Assembly (NCBI GenBank): GCA_946623755.1
Contig: CAMORK010000001.1
Span: 67,674-131,673 of the forward strand
Source of the DNA: an uncultured Butyrivibrio sp.
Lineage (GTDB): Bacteria; Bacillota; Clostridia; Lachnospirales; Lachnospiraceae
Direction of reading: 5' to 3'
Length of the DNA stretch: 64,000 bases
Shown here: piece after piece, positions 1-10,500 of the stretch
Numbering within the stretch: the first letter of the stretch is position 1
How the letters are laid out: every line of letters begins with the position of its first letter
Program-made: the position numbers and the translations under genes
The notes under the pieces: model-generated
What the model was told of the DNA's origin: nothing
What the model saw: only the letters and a program-made list of their open reading frames with translations
Databases searched by the model: none

Positions 1-434
1 GTTGTAGCACCAATAAGCACAACGGTTCCGTCCTCAACAAAAGGAAGCAGATAATCCTGCTGCGACTTATTAAATCTATGGATCTCGTCTATGAAAAGAA
101 TAGTCTTCTTCCCATACATTCCCTGGTTGTCCTTGGCCCTGCTTATGACATCTTCCATGTCCTTCTTGCCTGCAACCGTGGCGTTAATCTGGGTAAACTC
201 TGCCTTGGTGGAGTTTGCGATAACCTTGGCCAGGGTAGTCTTACCCGTTCCGGGCGGTCCATAGAATATTATTGAACTGAGTTTGTCTGCGGAAATTGCA
301 CGATAAAGAAGCTTGTCTTTTGCAATGATGTGCTGCTGCCCTACAACCTCATCAAGGGTCCTGGGGCGCATCCTTGCGGCAAGCGGAGATTCTTTTTCCA
401 TATTGTTTTCGCGCATATATTGAAACAAGTCCAT
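1..434 (-). CDS. rarA: Replication-associated recombination protein A (AAA+ ATPase), 3' end runs off the window
   Basis: Translated by hand (not in the ORF track): MDLFQYMRENNMEKESPLAARMRPRTLDEVVGQQH...IIFYGPPGTGKTT (Walker A)...LFIDEIHRFNKSQQDYLLP, the RarA/MgsA signature. Confidence 0.93.
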   Translation of the reverse strand, partial: MDLFQYMRENNMEKESPLAARMRPRTLDEVVGQQHIIAKDKLLYRAISADKLSSIIFYGPPGTGKTTLAKVIANSTKAEFTQINATVAGKKDMEDVISRAKDNQGMYGKKTILFIDEIHRFNKSQQDYLLPFVEDGTVVLIGAT

Positions 435-521
435 AACACTACAATTCTACTATTTTTGCTCAGATTTTGCCATACCTATTTAACCAATCATCTCCCCCTT
501 TAAAGATCCTGCAGTATCCCG

Positions 522-1409
522 TTACTGGACGATTGAAATGACATCCGAAGACATGGTTATGGTGATGTTTCCTTCGCGGTTAAGATATGTGGAGACGCCG
601 GCAGCTTCGAGAATCTGCATGACCTCTTCATCCTCAGGTTCCTCAGTGCTTGAGGTGATGATGGCATAGTCCGGAGCTACCTTTTCGATAAGGGCCGCAG
701 TATTCTTCTCATAGCGGCCGTGATGGGGAACTTTCAGGATCTCTGCCTGAATGTCATCCATAGCAAGGAGCTCATTTATACGGAGTTTTTCCGCATCTCC
801 CGCAAAGAGCATGTTGTTATCGCCACAACTTACCATGATCACAAGGGAGGAGTTATTGCTGGGATCCTTTTCGTAAGCAGTGCTCTGGGGTGGATAGATA
901 TCATAAGTGACTCCGTCCATTTCAAAAGATGTCTCCTCTGTTACCACTGTCTCGGTAAGTCCCTTTGCATTTAATGCTGCCAGATAGTTGTCAATGTCAT
1001 CCGAGTCTTTTGACTTATAGGTGGTGTAGATAGTTCCAATATCGAAATTGTTTATCACATGGTCTGCTCCGCCTACATGGTCCTTGTCAAAATGTGTGAT
1101 TATGAGATTGTCTACCCTGGTAACCCCCTGTTCTTTAAGGAAATCCACCAGCTCCTGCCCATGCTCATCAAGGCCCGTATCTATGACAGTCACGTGGCTC
1201 TTTCCAATGAGAACAAATGCATCGGCAGAACCACCGGAAACGGCCGTTATTGTCAGTTCTGAATCCGCTGCGGCATCCGACACATTGTTTTCTGTGGTAT
1301 TCCCAGTTGCGACTTTGGTTTCTGCGGTCGTTATATTTTCTGCATTTCTGCCGCATCCCACCAGCAGTAAAAGAGCCATCATCAGCCCTGCTATTCTTCT
1401 AATACTCAT
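522..1409 (-). CDS. ComEC/Rec2-type metallo-beta-lactamase-fold lipoprotein
   Basis: Lipobox LLVGC; motifs IDTG, THFDKDHVGG, NNSSLV, FAGDA, KVPHHG. Confidence 0.88.
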   Translation of the reverse strand: MSIRRIAGLMMALLLLVGCGRNAENITTAETKVATGNTTENNVSDAAADSELTITAVSGGSADAFVLIGKSHVTVIDTGLDEHGQELVDFLKEQGVTRVDNLIITHFDKDHVGGADHVINNFDIGTIYTTYKSKDSDDIDNYLAALNAKGLTETVVTEETSFEMDGVTYDIYPPQSTAYEKDPSNNSSLVIMVSCGDNNMLFAGDAEKLRINELLAMDDIQAEILKVPHHGRYEKNTAALIEKVAPDYAIITSSTEEPEDEEVMQILEAAGVSTYLNREGNITITMSSDVISIVQ

Positions 1410-1522
1410 GGCGTATCTCCTTTGACATTATCTTTTACAGGCATTACTATATGAAATGATATGTCATCATTGTACAGGTATAACCTAAAACAAACATAAA
1501 GACATAATGAAAGGAAACTAAA

Positions 1523-1945
1523 ATGAAAGCAGTTAAAGCTTTTTTCATAACACTGGTAGTAGTTCTGCTTATCGGAGTAATATTCCTCATCGGCAAGGAC
1601 TCAATCATGAAGGATGTCAAGGCAACTCAGGAGCAGACACAGTCAAATACTGAGAAAAAGAGCGCCAATCCCATCAAAAAAGCCATTGTCAGCGAGGCAA
1701 TTGACTCTTACGCTGAAAAGTCTTCAGGTAAGACAAAAGAGATCTTCGACTCAATGTCAGAAGAAGACAAGGATACCGTTACTGAGATCATTGCCAATAA
1801 TGTTTCTCTCGACTCCATATCCGAGGTTCAATCCTATGTAAATAGCGAAGATGCCTCAGGTCTCATGGAGTACGCTGAGGAAAACCTCTCAGAGGAAGAG
1901 ATCAAAGAGCTCACGGATATCATGTCAAAATACGTAACTCCTTAA
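1523..1945 (+). CDS. Hypothetical protein with N-terminal membrane anchor
   Basis: RBS AAAGGA upstream; hydrophobic N-terminal helix then acidic helical region. Confidence 0.75.
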   Translation: MKAVKAFFITLVVVLLIGVIFLIGKDSIMKDVKATQEQTQSNTEKKSANPIKKAIVSEAIDSYAEKSSGKTKEIFDSMSEEDKDTVTEIIANNVSLDSISEVQSYVNSEDASGLMEYAEENLSEEEIKELTDIMSKYVTP

Positions 1946-3381
1946 TCGGCCTTTACTATATTTCTGACCCATATACCGCTCTTTACCAGGCAGAATCCTA
2001 TGATGCACTTGATGAACTCCAGGCTGTTTACGATAATGAAAATAGTAAGAGCCGGAAGTGCTGTATATCTGCTGAGGATAAAGGATGCCGGTACAGAAAC
2101 AATCCATGCAAAGCAGCTGTCAAATATAAAGGTTATAAGTGTCTTGCCGCCTGAACGCAGTGTAAAGTAAGACACATTTGCATACGAATGAATAGGCATA
2201 CAACATGCCAGAACAAGTATAAATCTGGTGGCCAGCGCTTTCGTCTCGGGTGTTGTATTATAGACCTGAGGAATAAAAGGCGCCGCCAGCGCAAGGAGCG
2301 ATCCCATTACAATAGTACTCATAAAGCTGAGTGCAGCCATTCTCCAGGCACTTCTTCTGGCCGAAACAAGTCTGTCGGCACCGAGCTCCTGTCCAACTAT
2401 GATTCCCGAAGAATTTCCAATCGACAAAAATACCTCATTGAAGATTTGAGAAATAGTACTGCTTATAGTCATTGCAGATACAACTTCAAGGCCTCTTACA
2501 GAGTATGCCTGCAAAAGTCTTGCCTGTGCAAAAGACCACAAAAACTCGTTCAAAAAAAGCGGAAGTGTTCTGGACATGATAGGCCAGATAAGACTTACAG
2601 GAATCCTGAAATTACTGTAAAGCCCCTTAAAGAATCCGTAAGCCGAGCCTCTTCTGTGGGCACCTATCACAACTATGGCAAATTCCACAAATCTCGAAAT
2701 AACTGTGGCTACAGCAGCACCTCTTACTTCCAGCCTCGGAAATCCGAGATAACCGAATATCAAAAGCACATTGAACACGAAGTTCACTACCATGGCTATC
2801 ATACTGGCGATCATAGGAAGTGTTGTCCTTCCGGACTCTCTCATGGCACTGGCATAAACCTGCGTAAGACTGAAAGGCACAAGGCCTATCAGCATGATGT
2901 GCAGGTACGAAAGAGCGTACCCCAAAGTCTCAGCCCTGGCTGCATCCGTAGTATCTTTTGCAATGTAATCAAGGATAAGTGTCGGCCCGTTAAAGTACAG
3001 GATTGCAATGGCAACTGTAAATATGGTTATGGCTGTCAAAAGCTTGAACCTTATGGCTATGCGCACTCCGTCCATATCTCCCTTGCCAAAAAACTGCGTG
3101 CTGAAAATACCTGCGCCGGCCAGTGACCCCCATATGCACAGGTAAAAGACAAAAAGGAGCTGGTTGACTACTGCCACAGACGGTATCTGCAGTGGTCCAA
3201 GGCGCCCTACCATGACATTGTCCAATAGTCCGACAATATTGCTGAGGGTATTCTGGATGATCATGGGGAGCACCACCATTGCTACTCTTCTGTAGAATGC
3301 GGCGTCGCCAAAAAGACACTCCCTTAATGTAAATCTGTATTTAATTGCTTCTTCTCTGTTTCCGGTTTCAAATGTTGTCAT
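1942..3381 (-). CDS. MATE family efflux transporter
   Basis: About 12 TM segments; LDNVMVGRLG, PRLEVRGAAVATVISR. Confidence 0.92.
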   Translation of the reverse strand: MTTFETGNREEAIKYRFTLRECLFGDAAFYRRVAMVVLPMIIQNTLSNIVGLLDNVMVGRLGPLQIPSVAVVNQLLFVFYLCIWGSLAGAGIFSTQFFGKGDMDGVRIAIRFKLLTAITIFTVAIAILYFNGPTLILDYIAKDTTDAARAETLGYALSYLHIMLIGLVPFSLTQVYASAMRESGRTTLPMIASMIAMVVNFVFNVLLIFGYLGFPRLEVRGAAVATVISRFVEFAIVVIGAHRRGSAYGFFKGLYSNFRIPVSLIWPIMSRTLPLFLNEFLWSFAQARLLQAYSVRGLEVVSAMTISSTISQIFNEVFLSIGNSSGIIVGQELGADRLVSARRSAWRMAALSFMSTIVMGSLLALAAPFIPQVYNTTPETKALATRFILVLACCMPIHSYANVSYFTLRSGGKTLITFIFDSCFAWIVSVPASFILSRYTALPALTIFIIVNSLEFIKCIIGFCLVKSGIWVRNIVKAD

Positions 3382-3441
3382 ATTTTCTTCTCAAATTGGT
3401 AGTTTACCAGGAAAATTCCCCAAAGAGTATATGCACCGGCC

Positions 3442-4596
3442 TTACTTTTTTCTTGTGTAGAGAAGGGCTGCGATTATAGATACGCAGGGAACAGCACAGA
3501 TGATTCCCACGCTTCCTGCAATTGCTCTGATGATCTCAATTGCCACAAAGTCAGTACATAAAAGCTGTCTTAATCCGACACCGTAGGAATAGATTAGAAC
3601 GCACATGTTTAGTGCACTTCCCACATATGCCAAAACCAGTGTATTAGCCATGGTTCCCATGGCATCACGGCCGATATTTAGTCCCGATGTAAACAGCTGC
3701 CTTGCATCCCTCTCAGGATTAATATTATGAACCTCCTCGAGAGCCGACGCAATAGACATCGCAATGTCCATTACCGCCCCCATGGCAGCGATCAGTATTC
3801 CGCTGGTAAAAAGACCTCTGAGCTTAATTGCAGTTGTGCTCTTTAAAAGAAGCAATGCTTCCGCTTCATCCATCTGAAATGTGGAAATTCCGCCAATGTT
3901 TGCAGCCACCTGAGCAAGGAGCGCTGCGATCAGAACTCCGCTAAAGCAGCCCAGTGCAGCAGATACTGTTTTCCTGCTAAAGCCTCCTATCAGGTAGAAG
4001 CACACAGAGCTTGTAAAAAAGATAATGCCACAGGTCAGCGGTATCGGCTGAACTCCCTTAAGTGTCAGGGGAAGAAGTATTCCGAAAATGCAGAGCACTG
4101 TATATGCAAGACCTGCAAAAGCCTTGATTCCCTGAAAACCTCCTATAACAGCAAGAACCAGAAAGAACAAAACCACAAGTCCTATCATCAGCGGCACTCT
4201 GTTGTAGTTATAGATGTTGCAGCTATATATCCCGTCTCCTGTGGTATCTATGCGGACGCACACAGTATCCCCGGGCTTTACATTTACATTATAAAGAGCG
4301 CTGAAATAGTTGGTAACAAAGCATATGTCTCCTTTGTACCTGCCGGTGAGTATCTCCACCTTCAGTTCAGCGCTCCCTCTGAGGACACCTTCGGTGTCCC
4401 GGTCGACTTCCGAGTTATCCTCGGTTATCGCCAGGACTTTCGCTGTTTCATACTCAACTCCGGTTTCCCTTGTTGTGGTATATTCCGGCCTGTCCTTGTT
4501 TGCAAGGACAAGGGCCAGAATAAGTACCAATGAAAAAGCTATGATCACGAAGATGTTTTTAACTATTCTTTTTTTATCCAGATTATTTAATGACAT
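3442..4596 (-). CDS. YibE/F family membrane protein
   Basis: Motifs GAVMDIAMSIAS, GRDAMGTMANTLVLAYVG; start moved to MSLNN (4596), overlapping the stop of the upstream gene by 14 nt. Confidence 0.9.
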   Translation of the reverse strand: MSLNNLDKKRIVKNIFVIIAFSLVLILALVLANKDRPEYTTTRETGVEYETAKVLAITEDNSEVDRDTEGVLRGSAELKVEILTGRYKGDICFVTNYFSALYNVNVKPGDTVCVRIDTTGDGIYSCNIYNYNRVPLMIGLVVLFFLVLAVIGGFQGIKAFAGLAYTVLCIFGILLPLTLKGVQPIPLTCGIIFFTSSVCFYLIGGFSRKTVSAALGCFSGVLIAALLAQVAANIGGISTFQMDEAEALLLLKSTTAIKLRGLFTSGILIAAMGAVMDIAMSIASALEEVHNINPERDARQLFTSGLNIGRDAMGTMANTLVLAYVGSALNMCVLIYSYGVGLRQLLCTDFVAIEIIRAIAGSVGIICAVPCVSIIAALLYTRKK

Positions 4597-7500
4597 GTAA
4601 CAGTAACAACAGCTTTCTGATTCCGATTGCTGCGAGGCCAAGTCCCGAAGTAACCACTACTGTAGTTGCTGCTGCCTTGGCTGCTTTTCTTGCCTTTGAT
4701 TCAGGCTTATCCGATGTAGCTGTCGCCTCCTCAACAATTGTATCAGTTTTATTGTCGCCTGTCTGCTCTGTAATAGCAGGCTGGTCACCACTTTGCTGCT
4801 CAGGTGTCTCTGTAAGTGCAGTCTGATCATCAGGAATATCTGTTACGCTTCCGACAACTTCGCCCTCAGAAGAACCTGTAGCATTCTCTTTTGCCGGTTC
4901 TGTAGCCTTGTTGTTCTTGTTGCTTCTTCCAAAGATCTTGCCTGCCAGATTTTTAACTCCATCTGTAACAGTATTTACTACAGATCCAACAGTCTGCTTA
5001 ACAGCTCCAAGCACTCTCTGTACAGGTGACTGAGGTGCAGAGTCTCCTGATGAGCTTCCACTATCTGATGATCCCGATCCACTGTTTCCGCCTTCATCAG
5101 ACGAACCTGAATCATCTCCGGATCCTGTGCCGGGCTCAATCTGTGTACCTGAATCATTTCCTGTTCCTGAATCGGGTTCAATTTGTGTGCCGGGCTCACT
5201 TCCTGTGCCGGGCTCTATTCCTGTTCCGGGCTCTGTTCCTGTTCCAGGCTCTGTTCCTGTTCCAGGCTCTGTCTCTGTTCCGGGCTCTGTCTCTGTTCCG
5301 GGCTCTGTTCCTGTTCCGGGCTCTGTTCCTGTTCCAGGTTCTGTCTCTGTTCCGGGTTCAGTCTCTGTTCCGGGTTCAGTCTCTGTTCCGGGTTCAGTCT
5401 CTGTTCCGGGTTCAGTCTCTGTTCCGGGCTCACTTCCTGTGCCTGATTCACTGCCTGTGCCGGGTTCCGGCTTAGGAGCTTCTTTAATAAGCTCAATATC
5501 ATCGCAGTTACGTACTCTGAATACAGGCACGGAAACATCGCTGTCTCCTTCGGGGTGCATATAGAGGACACCGATTGCTGAAACTTCAGCGCCCACCTTA
5601 ACAAATTCATTAAGTGCGGCCTTGCCTTCATCTCCTGTTGTACCGGACTTGATATAACCATCGATGAATATCGCTGCCTCTGCTCCTGTGCCATCTGCAA
5701 GCCAGAACTCTTCAATATTTCCGTCAGCTCCCTCAGCGACTCTTGTTACCTTACCTGATGTCTTAAGAAGTGATCCTCCGAGTGCAGCATAATCCATAGC
5801 TGTTCTGGTATCTACTTCTCGGGGTTCCCATACATAAGGCTCATCATCAAGAATCCTTGCTGAAAGAACCTTAAGTTCCATATCTCCCTGATACTGTGCA
5901 ACAAAACCTGTGATGCGTACTTTGGTACCAATCTCAAGGCCTGCTGTAGCATATGGGAAGATATCAATACCTGCTGTCTCATCCTGGATGTAGATTGTAT
6001 CGAAGAAGGTTGTATCAGGGTTTGATGTTCCGCTGGTCACATAACCTTCAACTGCAAATACCTGATTCATCTCACCTGCACGGGCCTGTGCGATTGTTGA
6101 TACAGGAAGTTCTACAGTATAACCGCCAAGGATGTTGTTTATTATTGTGTAGTTAGTGAAAGGAAGAGAATCTGCGTTATCGATCTCTGCCTTTACTTCA
6201 AAGTCTGAAATAAATACTCCACCGGCAACGTAGATATCTCCGCCAGCCTTGGTGTGCTGGGTTGCAAGGAAGGTTACATTTCCTTCGTTGTCGTTCTTGG
6301 CACCCTTGACGCCGTTAGTTAAAGATCCTTCCCGTGCATTACCGGATGCATCCTTACAGTCAACGGAATATGTTGTATCATAGCCCTTTACAAGCCACTT
6401 TGCAGCATCAACAAAATCTGTTGCGGTAGCATTTGAAATATTTACAGAACATCCTGAGTACTGGCTGTACTTCTGCCCGTCACGAAGACCTGCAAACAGA
6501 CCCGCTGCCTCATCTACGTTGTAGGTCGTAGGATACATTCTGTATACCTGGCCGCCATTGTTTGTATCATCACATACTTCATCGGAACCCATACTGATTG
6601 TTGATCCGATGGCTTCAAGAAGCTTATTCTGCTCTGTTGCAGTCTGTCCGTCTGCAGTGTCCGAATAATCAGCCAGTCCGCATACTATAACAGATCCGCC
6701 GTTTGCCACATAATCCCTGACCATGGCAATAAACTCATCACTATAGTGTGATACGCTATAGTTTCCGGCATTTGCTGTTCCACTCTTCTTGGCAGGTGCT
6801 GAGAGAACAAGAAGTGCACAGTTTTCAAGTGTTTCAGGTGTTATCTCTGTAGTTGCAACCTGGGCTCTTATGTTCTTTGAAGCACAGATTGAGATAAATG
6901 CTGACATGTTTCCGCCATAGTAGCCGGTTACATAGTCATTGTAATGAGTACCGTCGATAATAACATTTGCAACCATCTCAGGTACTGTGTAATCTACTGT
7001 AAGCTTATCTGTGTATGTTTTCTCTACACCCCCCAGTACTGCATTTACTGTAACTTCATAGGTTACCTTGCCGGCCTGATCATATACAAAGTCTGTCTTG
7101 TATGTTGCTGTGCCTTTAGGAGCTACTGATGTGATCTCAGCTTCCTCACCGGTAACTTTTGCTACAGGAGTCTTCTTGCCGTCAACATCGCTGAGCTGAA
7201 TCTCAATATCGCTGATCACAAGGTCTTTGGATTCATTGTTGTAAAGATCAACATTAACATCAATCGGCTCACCCGCTACAGGAAGTACTGTATTTGTGTA
7301 TGTGCTGTTGATACCGCAAGCCTCAACACTACCTACCCATACAGGAGCTGTTACAGCGATGTTGCCATCCTTCTGTGTGATCTTGAGGTAGTAGTATGAA
7401 TAATGTGAAGGAACAGTAAACTCAACAGTTGCCTCACTCTCATCTACGGTCTTTTCATCGATGGATTTTCCACCGTTTACAATTACCTGCACCTTACCGA

Positions 7501-10500
7501 TAGAACCGTCTGTAGGATCCTTGATATCAGCCTTGATTGCAAGGTGATCACCTACTGCATCCTTTTCAAGGATGGATCCCATGATATTGCCTTCAAGTGT
7601 GTAATAGATATAAAGGTCATTATCCTCTGTAGCATAGATGCGGTAGTTTCTCATTGCATCGTAGATAGCATCCTCGTCATTGGTATCTGCGAGCATTACT
7701 GTACGTGCTGTGTTGGCATCACCCCACTTACCCTTGTGGTTATCCTGGTTATTGGTAGGTGCTACATGCCATCCCTTATCAAGTGCACGAGTGTAGTACT
7801 CATATGACGGGAAGTAACCTGAAGAACCGATTGTGCCTTCTCCGTTGCCTACCTCGATCATAGTGATAAGATTATCGTTCTCTTCTGAGTAGTATGCAAA
7901 GTCACTGAAATCACCAAAGGTTGTTCCGGGGTGATTAAACTGGCTGATGGAATCAGGAACAGTTCTGAGTGCTGCATAGTAGTTCTGAAGAGCTGTTGCA
8001 TATGTGCTGTACTCTGTCTGTGTACGGCTCTGGAATCCAGGTGTGTTATAGGTGTTGATATGTCCGAGACCGTTACTCCAGGTCATCTCATAACCGTATG
8101 CGCATGTAAAGTCGTCTGTTGAATACTGCTTAACAAGGTTGTGAGCGTATGTCCACTCATCATTTGCAGACTTATCTACATTCTCGGTTATCTTTGACTC
8201 TTTTTCATTGTCGATTGAGTTACTGTGGTCTGTGATAACAATGTAGTCAAGGTTATCTACATTTGAAGCATGCTTAAGTGCATCCTCAAGTGATCCTGCA
8301 CCATCGGAGATATTTGTATGAGCATGGATCTGACCAAAGTATACATTGTACCTGTCATTAAGTCTCTTTGTGAACTTAAGTGTAGAAACAGGACTGTCCT
8401 TGTATCCTTCAAGAACTGCCTTAACCTGTATCTCACATGGAAGATTCTCAAGCTTGATTGAACCCGAACACAGTATCCAGTCATCATGCTGTTCTTCCTC
8501 TGCAGGCTCTGTCTCTGCACCTTCTGTAGCAGGTTCGTTAGTTGTAGTCTCAGTATCCTTTGCAATCTCTTCAGCAGTTCTGAATCTGTAAAGGATAATA
8601 GCTCCCTCTGTGGCAGTCTTAAATGAAACATACTGATCTGCAAATACAGCCCCACCGTTTGGATTGGCTTTTACTGCTGCAACCTGAGCCTGTGTGTACT
8701 GATAGTTAACTGTTATGCTCTTTTTAAGTCCTTCCTTGACTGCATATGTACTGATTGTTGCAGGAAGCTCTGTAAACTGTATCTTCGCGCCATCTTCATA
8801 CTTAACGAACTCCCCACCGTTAACTGAGTAGAAAATCTCTGCTCCGTCAGTAGCTGTTGAAAGAACTATCTCCTGCTTGAGTCCGATCTCTCCCGATGCA
8901 GGATCAGCCTTAACAAGCGCTGTTACTGAAGAGTCAACTACAGGATTACCTGTTACCTTGACGCTGTCCATGCGGATAACGCCGCCGCTTCCGGGTGCTT
9001 TATCACCCTTTGCTGAAAGACCTCCTGTAGGAACAAGTCTTATCTTGACATTCTCAGCATCGGCTGCTGCATTAGGAATCTCAAAAGTAAAGGTTACATA
9101 GTAGGTTGGAGCAAGTGATGTTCTTGCAATACCGTCTGTGATATCGCCGGATCCACTTACTTCAAAAGGCTCTGTGATTGCCTTGCCATTCTCATCCGTT
9201 TCACCGGTCTTTTTATATGCTGTGTACTTGTATGAGTATGTACCGTTCTTAAGGTTCTTGAAGTTTTCTCCGTCAGTTGAGTACTGAAGCTGGAATGCTC
9301 CGGCCGCAGTATTGGATGCCCTCATTCTTAATGCCAGAGACATGTTGCCATAGCCTGTTGAAGGGAATGAAAGCTCCATGTAGTCAGACTCTGATATTAC
9401 TCCTGTTGAACCCATGTAATAGCTTGTAGAACCGGTTGTTGTGCTCTTGGCATCAGTCCATGGTTTTGAAACATTACCGCCCACTACAGCTGTGAACTTA
9501 GCGTTCTTATCAAGCATATCGTCGGTTTTGAAAAGATCGCCATAGATATACTTATCTGAGTCTTCAACTTCATTGTAGTGTGCATTTCCTGCCCACTGTG
9601 CTACTGCAAGTGAAGTTTCATTGTCATACTCAAGCTTGGCTGTGCTCTCACCTTCTTTTACTGCATAGAAATTAAAGATGTAAGCAGGATCTTCTTTAAA
9701 TCCATAAGCCTTGAAATCACCATTGTAATATTCAAATGCCTGAACGCTTGAGCCAACCTTCACGGTTGTACTCTTTAAGTAGAAGTTTCCGGCATTGTTT
9801 TCATCTGCTGCAGCCTCTACCCACGTACTTCCTTCTACTGCTTCATCAGTAAGTACCAGATTGATATAGTCCTTGGTCTTTCCATCTGCCTGAGTCTTAG
9901 TCTCTTTGACAATTGAAAGGAATTTGCCATCTTCTGTCTTAAAGACATAATTTCCGTCATCATCAACAGAAACTGTCAAAACAACGGCATCTGTATCTTT
10001 TATGTCAAGAACTCCCTCTTCTGAAGGCTTAAGATCAATGCCCTTAAGTCCGCCGTTTTCGGCAGTTGATGACATCACCTTACCTGAAGTAGGATGATAA
10101 GCAACTACCATATCACCGGGGTTAAATGTTCTGGTGAGGAGCTTACCTACTGTATTTGCTTCATCGTCCTCAGAAGTTCCTGCATAATAGAACTTTGTAA
10201 GGAAGTTCACTCCTCCGTTACCAAGAGAATATACAGTAAACAGATTCTTGTAGATCTCAATATACTGAGCATTTGTGTTGCCATTCTTATCTGTATATAC
10301 TGCTGTGTTGTTCTTAACATAGAATCCGCCTGAAGTCTGCTCTTCAAGTGTCCACTTGGACAGATCTGTGAGCTCATCGGCAAACAGAAGTCCCTGTGCT
10401 CCACCTTCTGGAGCTGTCAGATATTTGTAAGTACCTGCCTCTTCATCTGCAAGGTACTTAAATGCCACATAGTCATCTGTCTTTTCTACAGTAAGGACTA

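Noticed and set aside
2188-3126. Long antisense ORFs (also 18153-18875, 19657-20268 and many shorter ones)
   Set aside because: They lie opposite well-supported genes and show no recognisable motifs or start signals.
3227-3235. Perfect AGTCCGACA arm outside the array
   Set aside because: Lies inside the MATE coding sequence with no partner arm 22 nt upstream; consistent with chance.
5127-5470. 18-bp tandem repeat and overlapping plus-strand Cys/Ser- or Pro-rich ORFs
   Set aside because: No spacers; it is an in-frame linker of the giant protein, and the other frames are shadows.
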